From positions 239,078 to 271,077 of the forward strand of contig JASBSB010000004.1 in assembly GCA_030149205.1 (NCBI GenBank): a stretch of DNA of 32,000 bases, written 5' to 3'. The position numbers and the translations under genes are program-made. A model generated the notes under the pieces. That model saw only the letters and a program-made list of their open reading frames with translations, had not been told where the DNA came from and did not search any database. This DNA comes from Candidatus Heimdallarchaeota archaeon (GTDB taxonomy: Archaea; Asgardarchaeota; Heimdallarchaeia; Heimdallarchaeales; Kariarchaeaceae). Shown piece by piece: positions 17,845 through 27,507 of the stretch. How positions within the stretch are numbered: position 1 is the stretch's first letter; each line of letters starts with the position of its first letter.

Positions 17845-18777
17845 TTAAACTAGTACCTCTTCAGGAGAAATTGAAGTTTTATCCTGATAGAAGATTGGAG
17901 AAACTATAACTATTAACATTGCAAGGAGTAATACTAAGATCCCGAAAATTATAGATTCAGAGTAAACCTTTCCATTAATGAAGTCAATGGAGAAGGGCAC
18001 TAAGATTTGTAATAAGAGTAGCACAGAGGCTTCATTAGCAGAGATGATTTTAAGTGCCTGAAAATAGAAATAAAATGCTAGGATAGTTGATACCAAGGCT
18101 AATGCTATAATCCAGACCCATCCGTCATTTTTTACAGGAATAGAAGGTTCAAATATTAACATCGCAACTGTTGAGACTATGGAGATTTGGAACAAAATCA
18201 CAAAAAACAATGCAAAGGAATTGACATTTGGGTCTTGGTATACTGTAAGTTTAGAAGTAAAGACTAAATAGAAAGCATAACTCAAAGCTGAAAAAATTAA
18301 CAAGACAATACCCAAGCCAATTTGATAAGAAAGTACTACAGAAATTGAAGCCTTACCATTTTGAATCAGAAAGATACCAATTCCACCCAAAATTATTGCT
18401 AACAAATGATAAACCCTGATTTTCTCTTTAAGAATAAAATAAGATAAGAAAGGAACAAAAATTAAGAATGATAGAGAAATCAAGGCAGATAAGCTTGCGG
18501 GGACACCTGCATTTTGACCCTCATATTGAAACATTAACCCAGCACTCTCAGATATTGATATGATCCAAGAGAGTGGGTTTTTCATAAGGTCTAAAATCTC
18601 GGTTTTAAATTTAAAATAAAGAAAAGGTGCTAATATTAGAGTTGATAACAAAAATCTTAGAGCTAAAAATGTGAATGGACTTGAGAACCTAAGTCCCTGT
18701 TCAATGAATGGAGTTGAAAATCCCCATGCAATGATGGTGATTCCCATGAATATATACCCAGATAACTTTGTAGACAA
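17845..18777 (-). CDS. DMT/EamA family transporter
   Basis: About 10 hydrophobic helices in two repeats; AWGFS..F, FLALRF, ASLSALISL..IFVPFL, YFYFQAL..ISANEASVL. TTG start. Confidence 0.92.
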   Translation of the reverse strand: MSTKLSGYIFMGITIIAWGFSTPFIEQGLRFSSPFTFLALRFLLSTLILAPFLYFKFKTEILDLMKNPLSWIISISESAGLMFQYEGQNAGVPASLSALISLSFLIFVPFLSYFILKEKIRVYHLLAIILGGIGIFLIQNGKASISVVLSYQIGLGIVLLIFSALSYAFYLVFTSKLTVYQDPNVNSFALFFVILFQISIVSTVAMLIFEPSIPVKNDGWVWIIALALVSTILAFYFYFQALKIISANEASVLLLLQILVPFSIDFINGKVYSESIIFGILVLLLAMLIVIVSPIFYQDKTSISPEEVLV

Positions 18778-18842
18778 TAATTACAGAAAGTAGGAGTTTA
18801 TTTAAAATTTAACTTATATAGCATTGTGGCTGAAAAATCATT

Positions 18843-19229
18843 TTAAATTAATTCATCTCGAGAATTAAGATCTGATTGTTCTAGATTTTCCGATGAGATT
18901 AGATAGACCTTTGTATTTGTTTTATCATTAATACGTTTAGCTTGCTCTTCAGCAGCAGCAGAATACTCATTTGTAACTATAAAAGCTCCGTTTAACCCCG
19001 CTATTCTAGATAGTCTTGCAGCTTGTGTGACCTTATTTACACCTAGAATCCGCTTCCAGGGATAAAAAAGAAATCCAAGTTCTCCACTTTCATTATTTGT
19101 TAATTTAATTTTACCATGAAAATTTGTAATCTTTCCTCGCTTATCAAATACTTCTGAAGGGTCATATTTAGCCCATTTGGATAAAACATTAATGACTTTA
19201 TCTAGGTCATATCTTGTTAAATCAGACAT
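18843..19229 (-). CDS. Mrr-like restriction-endonuclease-fold protein, apparently lacking catalytic residues
   Basis: WKRILGVNKV...GAFIVTNEYSAAAEEQAKRIN...VYLI matches the Mrr_cat C-terminal pattern, but no (D/E/Q)xK precedes it. Start taken as MSDLT (19229); the track gives 19289. Confidence 0.5.
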   Translation of the reverse strand: MSDLTRYDLDKVINVLSKWAKYDPSEVFDKRGKITNFHGKIKLTNNESGELGFLFYPWKRILGVNKVTQAARLSRIAGLNGAFIVTNEYSAAAEEQAKRINDKTNTKVYLISSENLEQSDLNSRDELI

Positions 19230-19405
19230 ACACAAAATTATCTCTCTAAGCTTAAAAGCATTAGTAACACATGGCGCTATATAATTCATGATTTAACCCG
19301 CCAATTTCCATCAGTACAGATTCATTCTGTAAATTCAAATAATTTCAAATTTCTCACAAAACAGAGGCTTTTAAAACTATCAAGACTAAATTAACGTATA
19401 AGAAA

Positions 19406-20725
19406 ATGGTTGAGAAAAAGAGTATTAAAGAATTTATTAAGTTAGAAGGGCATTTTGCTCGAGATGACTCACCAGAGGGAGAATATCAAGCTAAAAGAGT
19501 ATCCCAGGCCAGAGGCTCTTTATACCTAGATATGCCCTTCTTTGGATATATATTAGGTCATTTTGAAATATATCCTGTAGATATAAAATTGATTCAATCA
19601 ATCACAATAGATCATCATTTCATATATTTCTCAGCTAAATTTATGGAAGATAAGCCTGTAGAAGAGATTAAAGGGTTGTTGATGCACCTAATTCTTCACA
19701 AAATAATGAAGCATATTGAAAGAGGATTTGAAAAGAATAATGAGATTTGGAATGTGGCTGCAGATATATCAACGAATCTCATGCTCGAGGATATCAAGGA
19801 CAAAAATCATTTTGATTGGGGTAAACAAATCATCACAAGATTTCAGATGAAATATTTAAACGAAAACACAGAGAACATATACACAGACCTTTATGAAGAG
19901 ATCGAACAGGATGAACAACTTCAGGACATTGATGATGAAAATATCAAAGAGCAAGTGAAAATGGATAACCTGATGAATCTTGTTGATGAAAACAACATAC
20001 AGAGCTGTGAGTTGGATAAAACTTTGGAGGTTTTGGAGGGTGAAATAGGAGATGAAATAGAAGCTGACCGGTTTAAGGGAATTATTCGTTCTGCATTTGA
20101 GTCCTTTGCAGATAGAGATAGAGGTTCGCTCCCAGGAGATTTAATTGAGATGATTTCAACTGACCTTTATCCCAAAGTCCCATGGTATACCATATTGGAA
20201 AATTTGATTATGAAAACTATCATGATTGACTGGAGTTGGCACCCACCAAATAAAAGAATGCTTGCACAAAACCTCTACTTTCCAAGCGGGGATAAAGAGG
20301 AGATAAATTTAGCGATCGCAATTGACACATCTGGTTCTGTTTCTCATATCGAGATCAGAAACTTCATTCAAGAGGTATATGGAATAATGACCAGTTTCGC
20401 AAATTCTAGAGTATACCTTATTGATTGTGATTCTAAAATTCAACAAGTTAATGTGTATGAGAGTGGAGAAAGTCCTGATGGTGATGAACTTCCTTGGGAG
20501 GGACGACCTGTCAAGGGAGGTGGTGGGACAGATTTCATACCAGTGTTTGACTATATTCAAGATAACAGTATTGAACTAAATGGTCTAATTTACTTTACAG
20601 ATGGGTTTGGATTGTTCCCAAATACCCAGACTCATCCAGTTGATTTTCCTGTGTTTTGGATTATAACCTCTTCTGTTGAAGCTCCTTTTGGTGAAACCAT
20701 CCATTATGAAATAGAGGGTGTGTGA
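19406..20725 (+). CDS. DUF2201 metallopeptidase-like + VWA domain protein
   Basis: PFFG..L, WNVAADISTN, C-terminal MIDAS IDTSGS, IDCD, GGGGTDF, YFTDG. The Zn motif reads HLILH...H. Confidence 0.88.
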   Translation: MVEKKSIKEFIKLEGHFARDDSPEGEYQAKRVSQARGSLYLDMPFFGYILGHFEIYPVDIKLIQSITIDHHFIYFSAKFMEDKPVEEIKGLLMHLILHKIMKHIERGFEKNNEIWNVAADISTNLMLEDIKDKNHFDWGKQIITRFQMKYLNENTENIYTDLYEEIEQDEQLQDIDDENIKEQVKMDNLMNLVDENNIQSCELDKTLEVLEGEIGDEIEADRFKGIIRSAFESFADRDRGSLPGDLIEMISTDLYPKVPWYTILENLIMKTIMIDWSWHPPNKRMLAQNLYFPSGDKEEINLAIAIDTSGSVSHIEIRNFIQEVYGIMTSFANSRVYLIDCDSKIQQVNVYESGESPDGDELPWEGRPVKGGGGTDFIPVFDYIQDNSIELNGLIYFTDGFGLFPNTQTHPVDFPVFWIITSSVEAPFGETIHYEIEGV

Positions 20726-20804
20726 ACCATATCTGGTAATTTATTGAGTTTATTTCAGTTTGCAAAATAAAGATTATATGTAATGTATTAATATCTATCA
20801 TGAA

Positions 20805-21884
20805 ATGACGTCAGATGCGGAAAAGCTATGGGACGAGATCGCAACGAATTCTTTCGTAATGGAATTAGCAGAATCTATCACTCCGTATTTGAAGGAAAAT
20901 CAAATTATTAGAGGTAACCCTGTGAGATATCTTTCAGTAAAAACTGTTAGATTTACTGGAAAAGAAATCGTTGGAGTGTTTCACCTTGATGTCGATATTG
21001 AGGTTTTATCAGATGAGGGAGATTGGGTAGAACATGTTATTTTTCGCATTCACCAAAACCCAGAGGCATATAAGCTCGAAAAAAAACTACATCTTTTACT
21101 CGAGGAGAGGACATCAACACACAAAGATATTTACGTAACCCCTCTATTAGCCGAATTCCCACAAAAACTTTTGTTTGTCTATGTCAATTATGGGACTGAG
21201 TCCATTCTAAACTTAGATTATATTTTGGTTGATTTCTCTCTGGGTCGTGTAGCTGCAATAATGCACGGGCTAGAAAGTAAAAAGCTTGCTTCAAAAGACA
21301 TTTTAAACACATTAAAATTAATGCTGCAGTATCTGCCCTTTGATCCAAAGACAAAGCAAGAATTTGAAAAGTCCTTAACTAATGACCTTAAATCGAAGAA
21401 GAAGATATTAGGTGGATACGTTCCCTGTACCACTTTTTCACCCAAAATGATTAAAATTAAACCAAAGCTCTCTATCGAAGATATAGACTTAGCGTCTTGT
21501 AGTGATGGGACAGGGTTTGACACCTACATACCCATGGGTGTAGTCGATGAAAACATCCATGATCGATTTGAGGATATCAGTAATAACTATACAGAATTTG
21601 CTATACAGGAATTTGGAAGAAATCAAAATTTGAATGTAACTAAAGAGAAAATCGAGAGATTCTTAATGGGTTATGAGATTGAATTTCAAAAACAGGGGAA
21701 AAGCCTGTATGAATTATATCCAGATGGGTTCACACTGACTTATCAGTTTTTGATAGGAATTTGGTTGAAGCTTGCATCAGAAATTGAAACTGCAACCGAA
21801 CCCTACATCCAAACAATTGAGAGAATGTCTGATTACCTTATTTTTTCTAAAACATTTGATGTTATAAATGTGGAAGGATTTTAA
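20805..21884 (+). CDS. Hypothetical protein with APH/choline-kinase-like fold, probable pseudokinase
   Basis: HVIFRIH...YKLEKKLHLLL (beta3/alphaC), YVTPLLAE, LGRVAAIMHG (the APH 'lG..lA.lH' helix), DRFEDIS. The catalytic loop position reads VPCTTFSPKMIKI. Fold call is from motif recognition only. Confidence 0.45.
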   Translation: MTSDAEKLWDEIATNSFVMELAESITPYLKENQIIRGNPVRYLSVKTVRFTGKEIVGVFHLDVDIEVLSDEGDWVEHVIFRIHQNPEAYKLEKKLHLLLEERTSTHKDIYVTPLLAEFPQKLLFVYVNYGTESILNLDYILVDFSLGRVAAIMHGLESKKLASKDILNTLKLMLQYLPFDPKTKQEFEKSLTNDLKSKKKILGGYVPCTTFSPKMIKIKPKLSIEDIDLASCSDGTGFDTYIPMGVVDENIHDRFEDISNNYTEFAIQEFGRNQNLNVTKEKIERFLMGYEIEFQKQGKSLYELYPDGFTLTYQFLIGIWLKLASEIETATEPYIQTIERMSDYLIFSKTFDVINVEGF

Positions 21885-21900
21885 CAGAATTAATTCAGAG

Positions 21901-22890
21901 CTAAATTAAAAACTGTTTATCCCATTTGATAAATTCATCCAGAGAAATATTGCTTCCACAAATTACCAAGATGACAGTCTTATTTTCCAATTGATCATCA
22001 GGGATTTTTTCAAGGGCAGCAACAACACATGAAGATGCAGGTTCAATAAGAATTTTTTCTGAATTAAGGAATTCCTTCATCCAAAAGACCGATTCCTTAT
22101 CTGATACTGTCAAGGAATGACTTGTTAAGGTGTTTAAAATATTAAAAATTTCATCAGTTGTTGTTTTAGCGCCTAGTGTAACTGCAATTGAATCAATACT
22201 ACTAAGTTGAACTAAATGTCCCGCGTCTCTGCTCTTTTTATAACAATCACTTCCTTCTGTCTCGACTGATATGATGCTGCGGCTTCCAATCATGTCATGT
22301 GCATCTAAAGCTAATGAAATCCCTGAAAGTAAGCCACCTCCTCCAACAGAAGCAATCAAAACATCAAAATCTGTTATCTGATCTAATATTTCTAAACCAA
22401 CTGTACCCTGCCCCATGTAGACATCCCTATCTGCAAATGGGTGAATATAGAGATCTGCTCCAGGAACGACCAATGAAAGGGCATGTTCATTAGCTTCCTG
22501 CCAAGACTCCCCATGTAACAAAATCTTAGCATTATACGACTCAATTACCTGAATACGATGACCTGAACTTCCTTCTGGAAGTACAACTAAGCAGGGGATG
22601 TTCATAAGATAGGAAGCAATTGCAACTCCCAATCCATGATTACCTCCACTTGCAGTTATAACTCTTTTTGGTTCACCATTTTGTTCAATAAAATGCAAAA
22701 TTGCATTTGTTGCTCCTCGTATCTTAAAGGAATGACCTAAATTTAATGCCTCCAATTTAAGATATATTCTAGCATTATACAGAGATGACAACCATTTGGA
22801 GTAAATTAATGGTGTTTGTCTTACATTTTGCATGACTCTCCCCCTAACTTTTTCAAATTCTTCCAAGGTGTACTCTTTAAACTTTTGCAC
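21901..22890 (-). CDS. PLP-dependent serine/threonine dehydratase (short, no ACT domain)
   Basis: QTPL, LKLEALNLGHSFKIRGA (PLP Lys), ASGGNHG, VGGGGLLSG, ICGSN. Confidence 0.92.
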   Translation of the reverse strand: MQKFKEYTLEEFEKVRGRVMQNVRQTPLIYSKWLSSLYNARIYLKLEALNLGHSFKIRGATNAILHFIEQNGEPKRVITASGGNHGLGVAIASYLMNIPCLVVLPEGSSGHRIQVIESYNAKILLHGESWQEANEHALSLVVPGADLYIHPFADRDVYMGQGTVGLEILDQITDFDVLIASVGGGGLLSGISLALDAHDMIGSRSIISVETEGSDCYKKSRDAGHLVQLSSIDSIAVTLGAKTTTDEIFNILNTLTSHSLTVSDKESVFWMKEFLNSEKILIEPASSCVVAALEKIPDDQLENKTVILVICGSNISLDEFIKWDKQFLI

Positions 22891-23005
22891 ATGATTAATG
22901 ATGATTCCAGTTATTAAATCATTTTGATTAAATTGTTTTATTTTTAAACTATCTCAATCTAGCCACAGGAGTAAGATTAAGAATGTAGGAACCTTAAATT
23001 TGATC

Positions 23006-23482
23006 ATGACACATGAAAATATTATTGGTGTCCAAACCAAATATGCACCAAAAAGCATATGCTTTGGTTGTGGACCAGCAAACACAAAGGGATTAAGAAT
23101 TCAAAGCACTTGGGAAAATGATGATTTTGTCTTGTGGTTCACACCAAAAGAGGAACACCAAGCATTCCCAGGTGTCATAAATGGGGGAATTATAGGTACA
23201 TTATTTGACTGTCATAGTAACTGGTGTGCGGCAACAACATTGTTTAAAACCGAAAGATTTGAATCTGTCCCTGTTACTGTAACTGCAAATTTTACTGTTA
23301 ACTTATTGAAACCTACACCCTTTGGAATCGAGTTAAAGGTGATTGCCCATCCCACTAAAGTTGAGGGAAACAAAGTTTGGACAGAAGCTAAGTTATATGC
23401 AGGAGATACTGTTACAGCAACTTGTACTGGTCTATTCATTGCTGTAAAAGAGGGTCATCCTGCATACCATAGATGGGATTAA
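23006..23482 (+). CDS. PaaI-family hotdog-fold thioesterase
   Basis: CFGCGPAN..GL, HQAFPGVINGGIIGTLFD, VTANFTVNLLKPTP. ATG at 23006; the track's TTG at 23000 is possible. Confidence 0.88.
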   Translation: MTHENIIGVQTKYAPKSICFGCGPANTKGLRIQSTWENDDFVLWFTPKEEHQAFPGVINGGIIGTLFDCHSNWCAATTLFKTERFESVPVTVTANFTVNLLKPTPFGIELKVIAHPTKVEGNKVWTEAKLYAGDTVTATCTGLFIAVKEGHPAYHRWD

Positions 23483-23617
23483 AACTGGAAAAATTTAATA
23501 TTTTGATAATTTATTGAATCTAACATCTATTGGAATAGATACAAATTTATTTGTATTTTTATAAAAATTTTTCATTGAAATAGTAACATTATAAAATGTG
23601 CTCTGAATCACCTCTTA

Positions 23618-25972
23618 ATGCAAACCAAGACAAGGTTTAATAAAATAGGTATAATAAGCTTATTACTTGTTCTTCTGCTTGCCTCAGGAAACATCCCCTC
23701 TGCTTTTGCAGAGAAGGTTCATAAGAATCCGGAAGTAACTGTACAAGCAGCCCAGGACAATAACATTGAATGGGCTCATGTATTACATGACTCAAGAGAT
23801 GCATTTTACAGAAATCCCGGATGGGCTACCCAACACACAGGTGCTGTAAAAGTAGGTACGGATGTCGTTTTAAGATTAAGAGCAGCCAAAAATGATTTGA
23901 CAGGTGTTAAGATCAAGTTATGGGATAATGTCAATTTAAAAGATGTGTGGATTGACATGGTAATTGATTCATCTGACGCAAATTATGATTACTGGAAAGC
24001 CGTTATAACTTCCCCCAATGTCCCAACAGATTATTACTATTCGTTTGAGCTAAAGGACGGAACTGATGTGGACTACTATGGAGATGATGTTGTACAATCT
24101 GCATTTGAAGATAACCGGATCTATCAGACTGGAGGAGTAGGTACAATGTATGAAAGTCATAGTGGTGATGGAGATTATGCTTTAGTTTTCTATGCAGATA
24201 ACTTTACCACCCCTGATTGGCACAAAAAAGCTGTGGGATATCAAATTTTTATCGATCGATTCTACAATGGAAACAGTTCAAATGACCCAGTTGGTGATGG
24301 CAAAAGTGGAGACGTCATCTGGTGGGAGTGGGATTCCAATGGAAATGGTGTAAAGGACTCAGGGGATGAAGGTAGAATATATGTCAATAAGCATAAGACT
24401 TGGAATGAAAAACCCTTAGGTGGTTATGATTATTTTGGTGGAGACCTACAAGGAGTAGAACAAAAACTCCCTTATCTTAACGATTTAGGTGTCGATTTTA
24501 TTTGGTTTAACCCATTCAGTCAAGCCCCTGATAATCATGGATATTCTGTTGATGATTATCGAGTACTCAATGCGTACTATGGAGTCGTTGGAGGAAGAAG
24601 TGGTGGAAGGGTTCTCAATGACCATAATAAAAGTATGACGTATTTCAAATCATTTTCAAATAATCTAGAAAACCATGGCATCAAAATCATATATGATACT
24701 GTAATAAACCATGCTTCAGCACAAGGGTTATACTTTCAAAGATTTGAAAACTCAAAGGTTTGGGATAAACCCACTGGTTTCAATGTTCCTGATGCTTGGC
24801 CAAACATACAAGGTGCATATGAATTTTATTACTCAGATTATCGACCTTGGTTTAAATTTTATAAAAATGAATATAATCATGGTTATGACGGCTGGTTTGG
24901 CTTCAAACATATCCCAACCATCATCTACGAAAACAATCCCAAAGCAGTTGAAGAATTTGTGACAGGTCCGAACAACATATTCAAGTTTTGGAACAGTTAT
25001 GGAGTGGATGGTTTTCGATTAGACGTGAATCATCAGTATGTCGATGGTCACCATTCGAGCTATCTTAATTCTAAGATTAGAGATACTGTAAAAGGATTAA
25101 ACCCCAATGCAGTTATTATTGGTGAAATTTGGGAACGAGCAACTCAATGGTTAACAGGAACGATGAATGATGGTGTACAAAATATGCCCTTTAGATTCAA
25201 TACAATAGATTGGATGTTATCAAATTACAAGGATTCCACCTATAGAGACCTCATGTTAACTATCCAAGAAAATTATCCCAAACAGGCCTTCCAATCACTC
25301 TGGGTTAATTTAGGAAATCATGATAGAACTCGAGTTTTATCAGCATTGAACAATAACACTGAGGCGGTTTTGAATGCAGCTACACTTCAATTCTCTTATC
25401 CTGGTGTCCCTGTGATCTGGTATGGTGATGAAATAGGAACAACTGGTGTTGGAGACCCAGGAACACGTGCAACTTTTAAATGGGACAATCAAAATAAGAC
25501 AATGTTAAATTACTACAAACACCTGATTCAAATACGAAAGTCTTTTCCAGTTATGATAGAAGGTGGATTTAACGTTGTTTCAGACAGTGCAGAGGGTGTT
25601 ATTGGATTTTATAGAAATAACACGAATTTTCAAAACGATCATGCACTTATTCTAGTAAACAGGGATAAGCAAGCAAAACAAGTTACGATAGACCTTGCAA
25701 ATTATTCGGGTGTTCAATCAGAGGTTCTGACAGACCTTGTTAATAACAACCAAACACATAACGTAGTGAATGGAAAATTAACAGTGAATTTAGAGTCTCA
25801 AGGTAGAATGATACTTATGGCTGGTATACCTGTTTCTCAAACAACTAGTCAAACACCCACAAGTACCACAACAAGTAATCAATCCTCATCATTTCCAACC
25901 CTTGTACTTGGGTTTGTCTCACTGATGATGGTGTTAATAATTAAGATAAAACACAACAAATTCAATTTATGA
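23618..25972 (+). CDS. Secreted, C-terminally anchored GH13 amylopullulanase/alpha-amylase
   Basis: Signal peptide; LHDSRDAFYR...GAV..GT.V.LR N-domain; YQIFIDRFYNG, FGGDLQGV, NHGY, catalytic DGFRLDV / GEIWE / LGNHD, PVIWYGDE; Ser/Thr linker + helix + basic tail. Confidence 0.92.
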   Translation: MQTKTRFNKIGIISLLLVLLLASGNIPSAFAEKVHKNPEVTVQAAQDNNIEWAHVLHDSRDAFYRNPGWATQHTGAVKVGTDVVLRLRAAKNDLTGVKIKLWDNVNLKDVWIDMVIDSSDANYDYWKAVITSPNVPTDYYYSFELKDGTDVDYYGDDVVQSAFEDNRIYQTGGVGTMYESHSGDGDYALVFYADNFTTPDWHKKAVGYQIFIDRFYNGNSSNDPVGDGKSGDVIWWEWDSNGNGVKDSGDEGRIYVNKHKTWNEKPLGGYDYFGGDLQGVEQKLPYLNDLGVDFIWFNPFSQAPDNHGYSVDDYRVLNAYYGVVGGRSGGRVLNDHNKSMTYFKSFSNNLENHGIKIIYDTVINHASAQGLYFQRFENSKVWDKPTGFNVPDAWPNIQGAYEFYYSDYRPWFKFYKNEYNHGYDGWFGFKHIPTIIYENNPKAVEEFVTGPNNIFKFWNSYGVDGFRLDVNHQYVDGHHSSYLNSKIRDTVKGLNPNAVIIGEIWERATQWLTGTMNDGVQNMPFRFNTIDWMLSNYKDSTYRDLMLTIQENYPKQAFQSLWVNLGNHDRTRVLSALNNNTEAVLNAATLQFSYPGVPVIWYGDEIGTTGVGDPGTRATFKWDNQNKTMLNYYKHLIQIRKSFPVMIEGGFNVVSDSAEGVIGFYRNNTNFQNDHALILVNRDKQAKQVTIDLANYSGVQSEVLTDLVNNNQTHNVVNGKLTVNLESQGRMILMAGIPVSQTTSQTPTSTTTSNQSSSFPTLVLGFVSLMMVLIIKIKHNKFNL

Positions 25973-26084
25973 TTTAGCTATTAAAAAGTAATTTAAACAA
26001 TTAAAGCCCAGTATAGTTTCAACATTAAAGTTTTATATTAATATATTGTTTCTTTATCGAATTTAGTAAAAATTAACCATAAAA

Positions 26085-27497
26085 TTAGTGAGTTCGTGGT
26101 TTACTTGCATTGGGGATATGGATAGCCTTCCCTTCAATAGCCTCAGCTGCTTCCATTAACATTTCTGGTAATGTGGGATGTGGATGAACCGTGAATCCTA
26201 AGTCTTCAGCTGTTGCTCCTAGTTCCAAGGCGAGAGCAATTTCAGACACCAAATCTGAAGTGTGGGGTCCTACCATCTCCACACCAAGAAGTGCGCCAGA
26301 TTTCCGATCTGCTATTAGCTTCACAAATCCATCAGTTTCAAGTTGGGACATTGCCCTTCCAGATGCACCGAAAGATGCCCGAGATACCACGATGTCTAAT
26401 CCTGCATCTTTTGCCTGATTTTCTGACAAACCAGCTTGAGCAATTTCTGGATCTGAAAAGATAGCAGTAGGAATACTGACGAAGTCTGCAACTGAGTTCA
26501 TACCACAAATTACCTCAGCAGCTATAATCCCCTCTTTTGTTGCCTTGTGGGCTAGAAATGGATCACCAGTACAGTCTCCAACAGCAAAAATGCCAGGGAT
26601 GTTAGTTTTCATCTGGGTATCTTTTAGAATGAACCCTCTTTTATCAGTCTTTACACCAACTTTTGATAGGCCAAGGTCTGCTGTATTTGCTCTTTTTCCT
26701 ATTGAAACTAAAATTTTATCAAATGGTATTTTTTCGATTTTTCCATCCTTTGTTTCAACCAAGAGATTCTTATTCTCTAATGATTTGGCTTTACTGGAGG
26801 TGTAAATATCGACTCCCAATCCTTTCAAATGTTTCTTTACAACTGAGCTCAACCTTTTGTCAACAGAAGGAAGAATTTCGGGTAACAACTCCACTATAGT
26901 CAGTTTGGTACCTAATTTAGCAAAAACAGTTCCTAACTCTATACCAATTACTCCACCCCCGATACAGATTAATCGCTCTGGTTTTTCAGATACACCAAGT
27001 AATCCCTTTGCACTAAGAATGGTTTTTTCGTCTATCTGAAGATTTGGGAGTGATATGAATGATGCACCTGTCGCAACAATACAAGATTCAAACTCAATCG
27101 TTTCTTTTGACTGCTTCTCAGAAATTACTTCAACTAAATTTTTTGAGAGAAAACTGGCTGTCCCGAAGACAGTCTCAATCTTTTGGGATTTGAACAATAA
27201 TTTAATGCCTCCAGTCAATTTTTCGATAATTGACTCTTTCCAACTTTGAAGCTTTTTAAATTCCACACTGGCTTTTTCGACTTTTATTCCCATCTCACTC
27301 GCTTCATGTGTGACCTTATGATACAGTGAAGATGCAGAAATTAAAGCTTTAGAGGGTATACATCCCCAGTTTAAACATTCACCACCAATCACCTCCTTCT
27401 CCACAACAATCACTTTTTTGCCCAACTGAGCTGCACGAATAGCCGCAGGATAACCTCCTGGACCGGCACCTATTACTAATACGTCTGTTTTTTTCAA
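26085..27497 (-). CDS. lpdA: Dihydrolipoyl dehydrogenase (E3)
   Basis: GAGPGGY, GGECLNWGCIPSKAL, GGGVIG.E, HPHPTLPE. Start revised to TTG at 27497 (GAGGGA upstream, 10 nt after the E2 stop) instead of the overlapping 27554. Confidence 0.96.
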   Translation of the reverse strand: MKKTDVLVIGAGPGGYPAAIRAAQLGKKVIVVEKEVIGGECLNWGCIPSKALISASSLYHKVTHEASEMGIKVEKASVEFKKLQSWKESIIEKLTGGIKLLFKSQKIETVFGTASFLSKNLVEVISEKQSKETIEFESCIVATGASFISLPNLQIDEKTILSAKGLLGVSEKPERLICIGGGVIGIELGTVFAKLGTKLTIVELLPEILPSVDKRLSSVVKKHLKGLGVDIYTSSKAKSLENKNLLVETKDGKIEKIPFDKILVSIGKRANTADLGLSKVGVKTDKRGFILKDTQMKTNIPGIFAVGDCTGDPFLAHKATKEGIIAAEVICGMNSVADFVSIPTAIFSDPEIAQAGLSENQAKDAGLDIVVSRASFGASGRAMSQLETDGFVKLIADRKSGALLGVEMVGPHTSDLVSEIALALELGATAEDLGFTVHPHPTLPEMLMEAAEAIEGKAIHIPNASKPRTH

Positions 27498-27507
27498 AAT
27501 GATCCCT

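Noticed and set aside
11700-23600. TAACATT just before the TATA-like boxes of cydA, acdAB and the amylopullulanase
   Set aside because: Short, AT-rich and overlapping the BRE position; cannot be distinguished from an ordinary core promoter without statistics.
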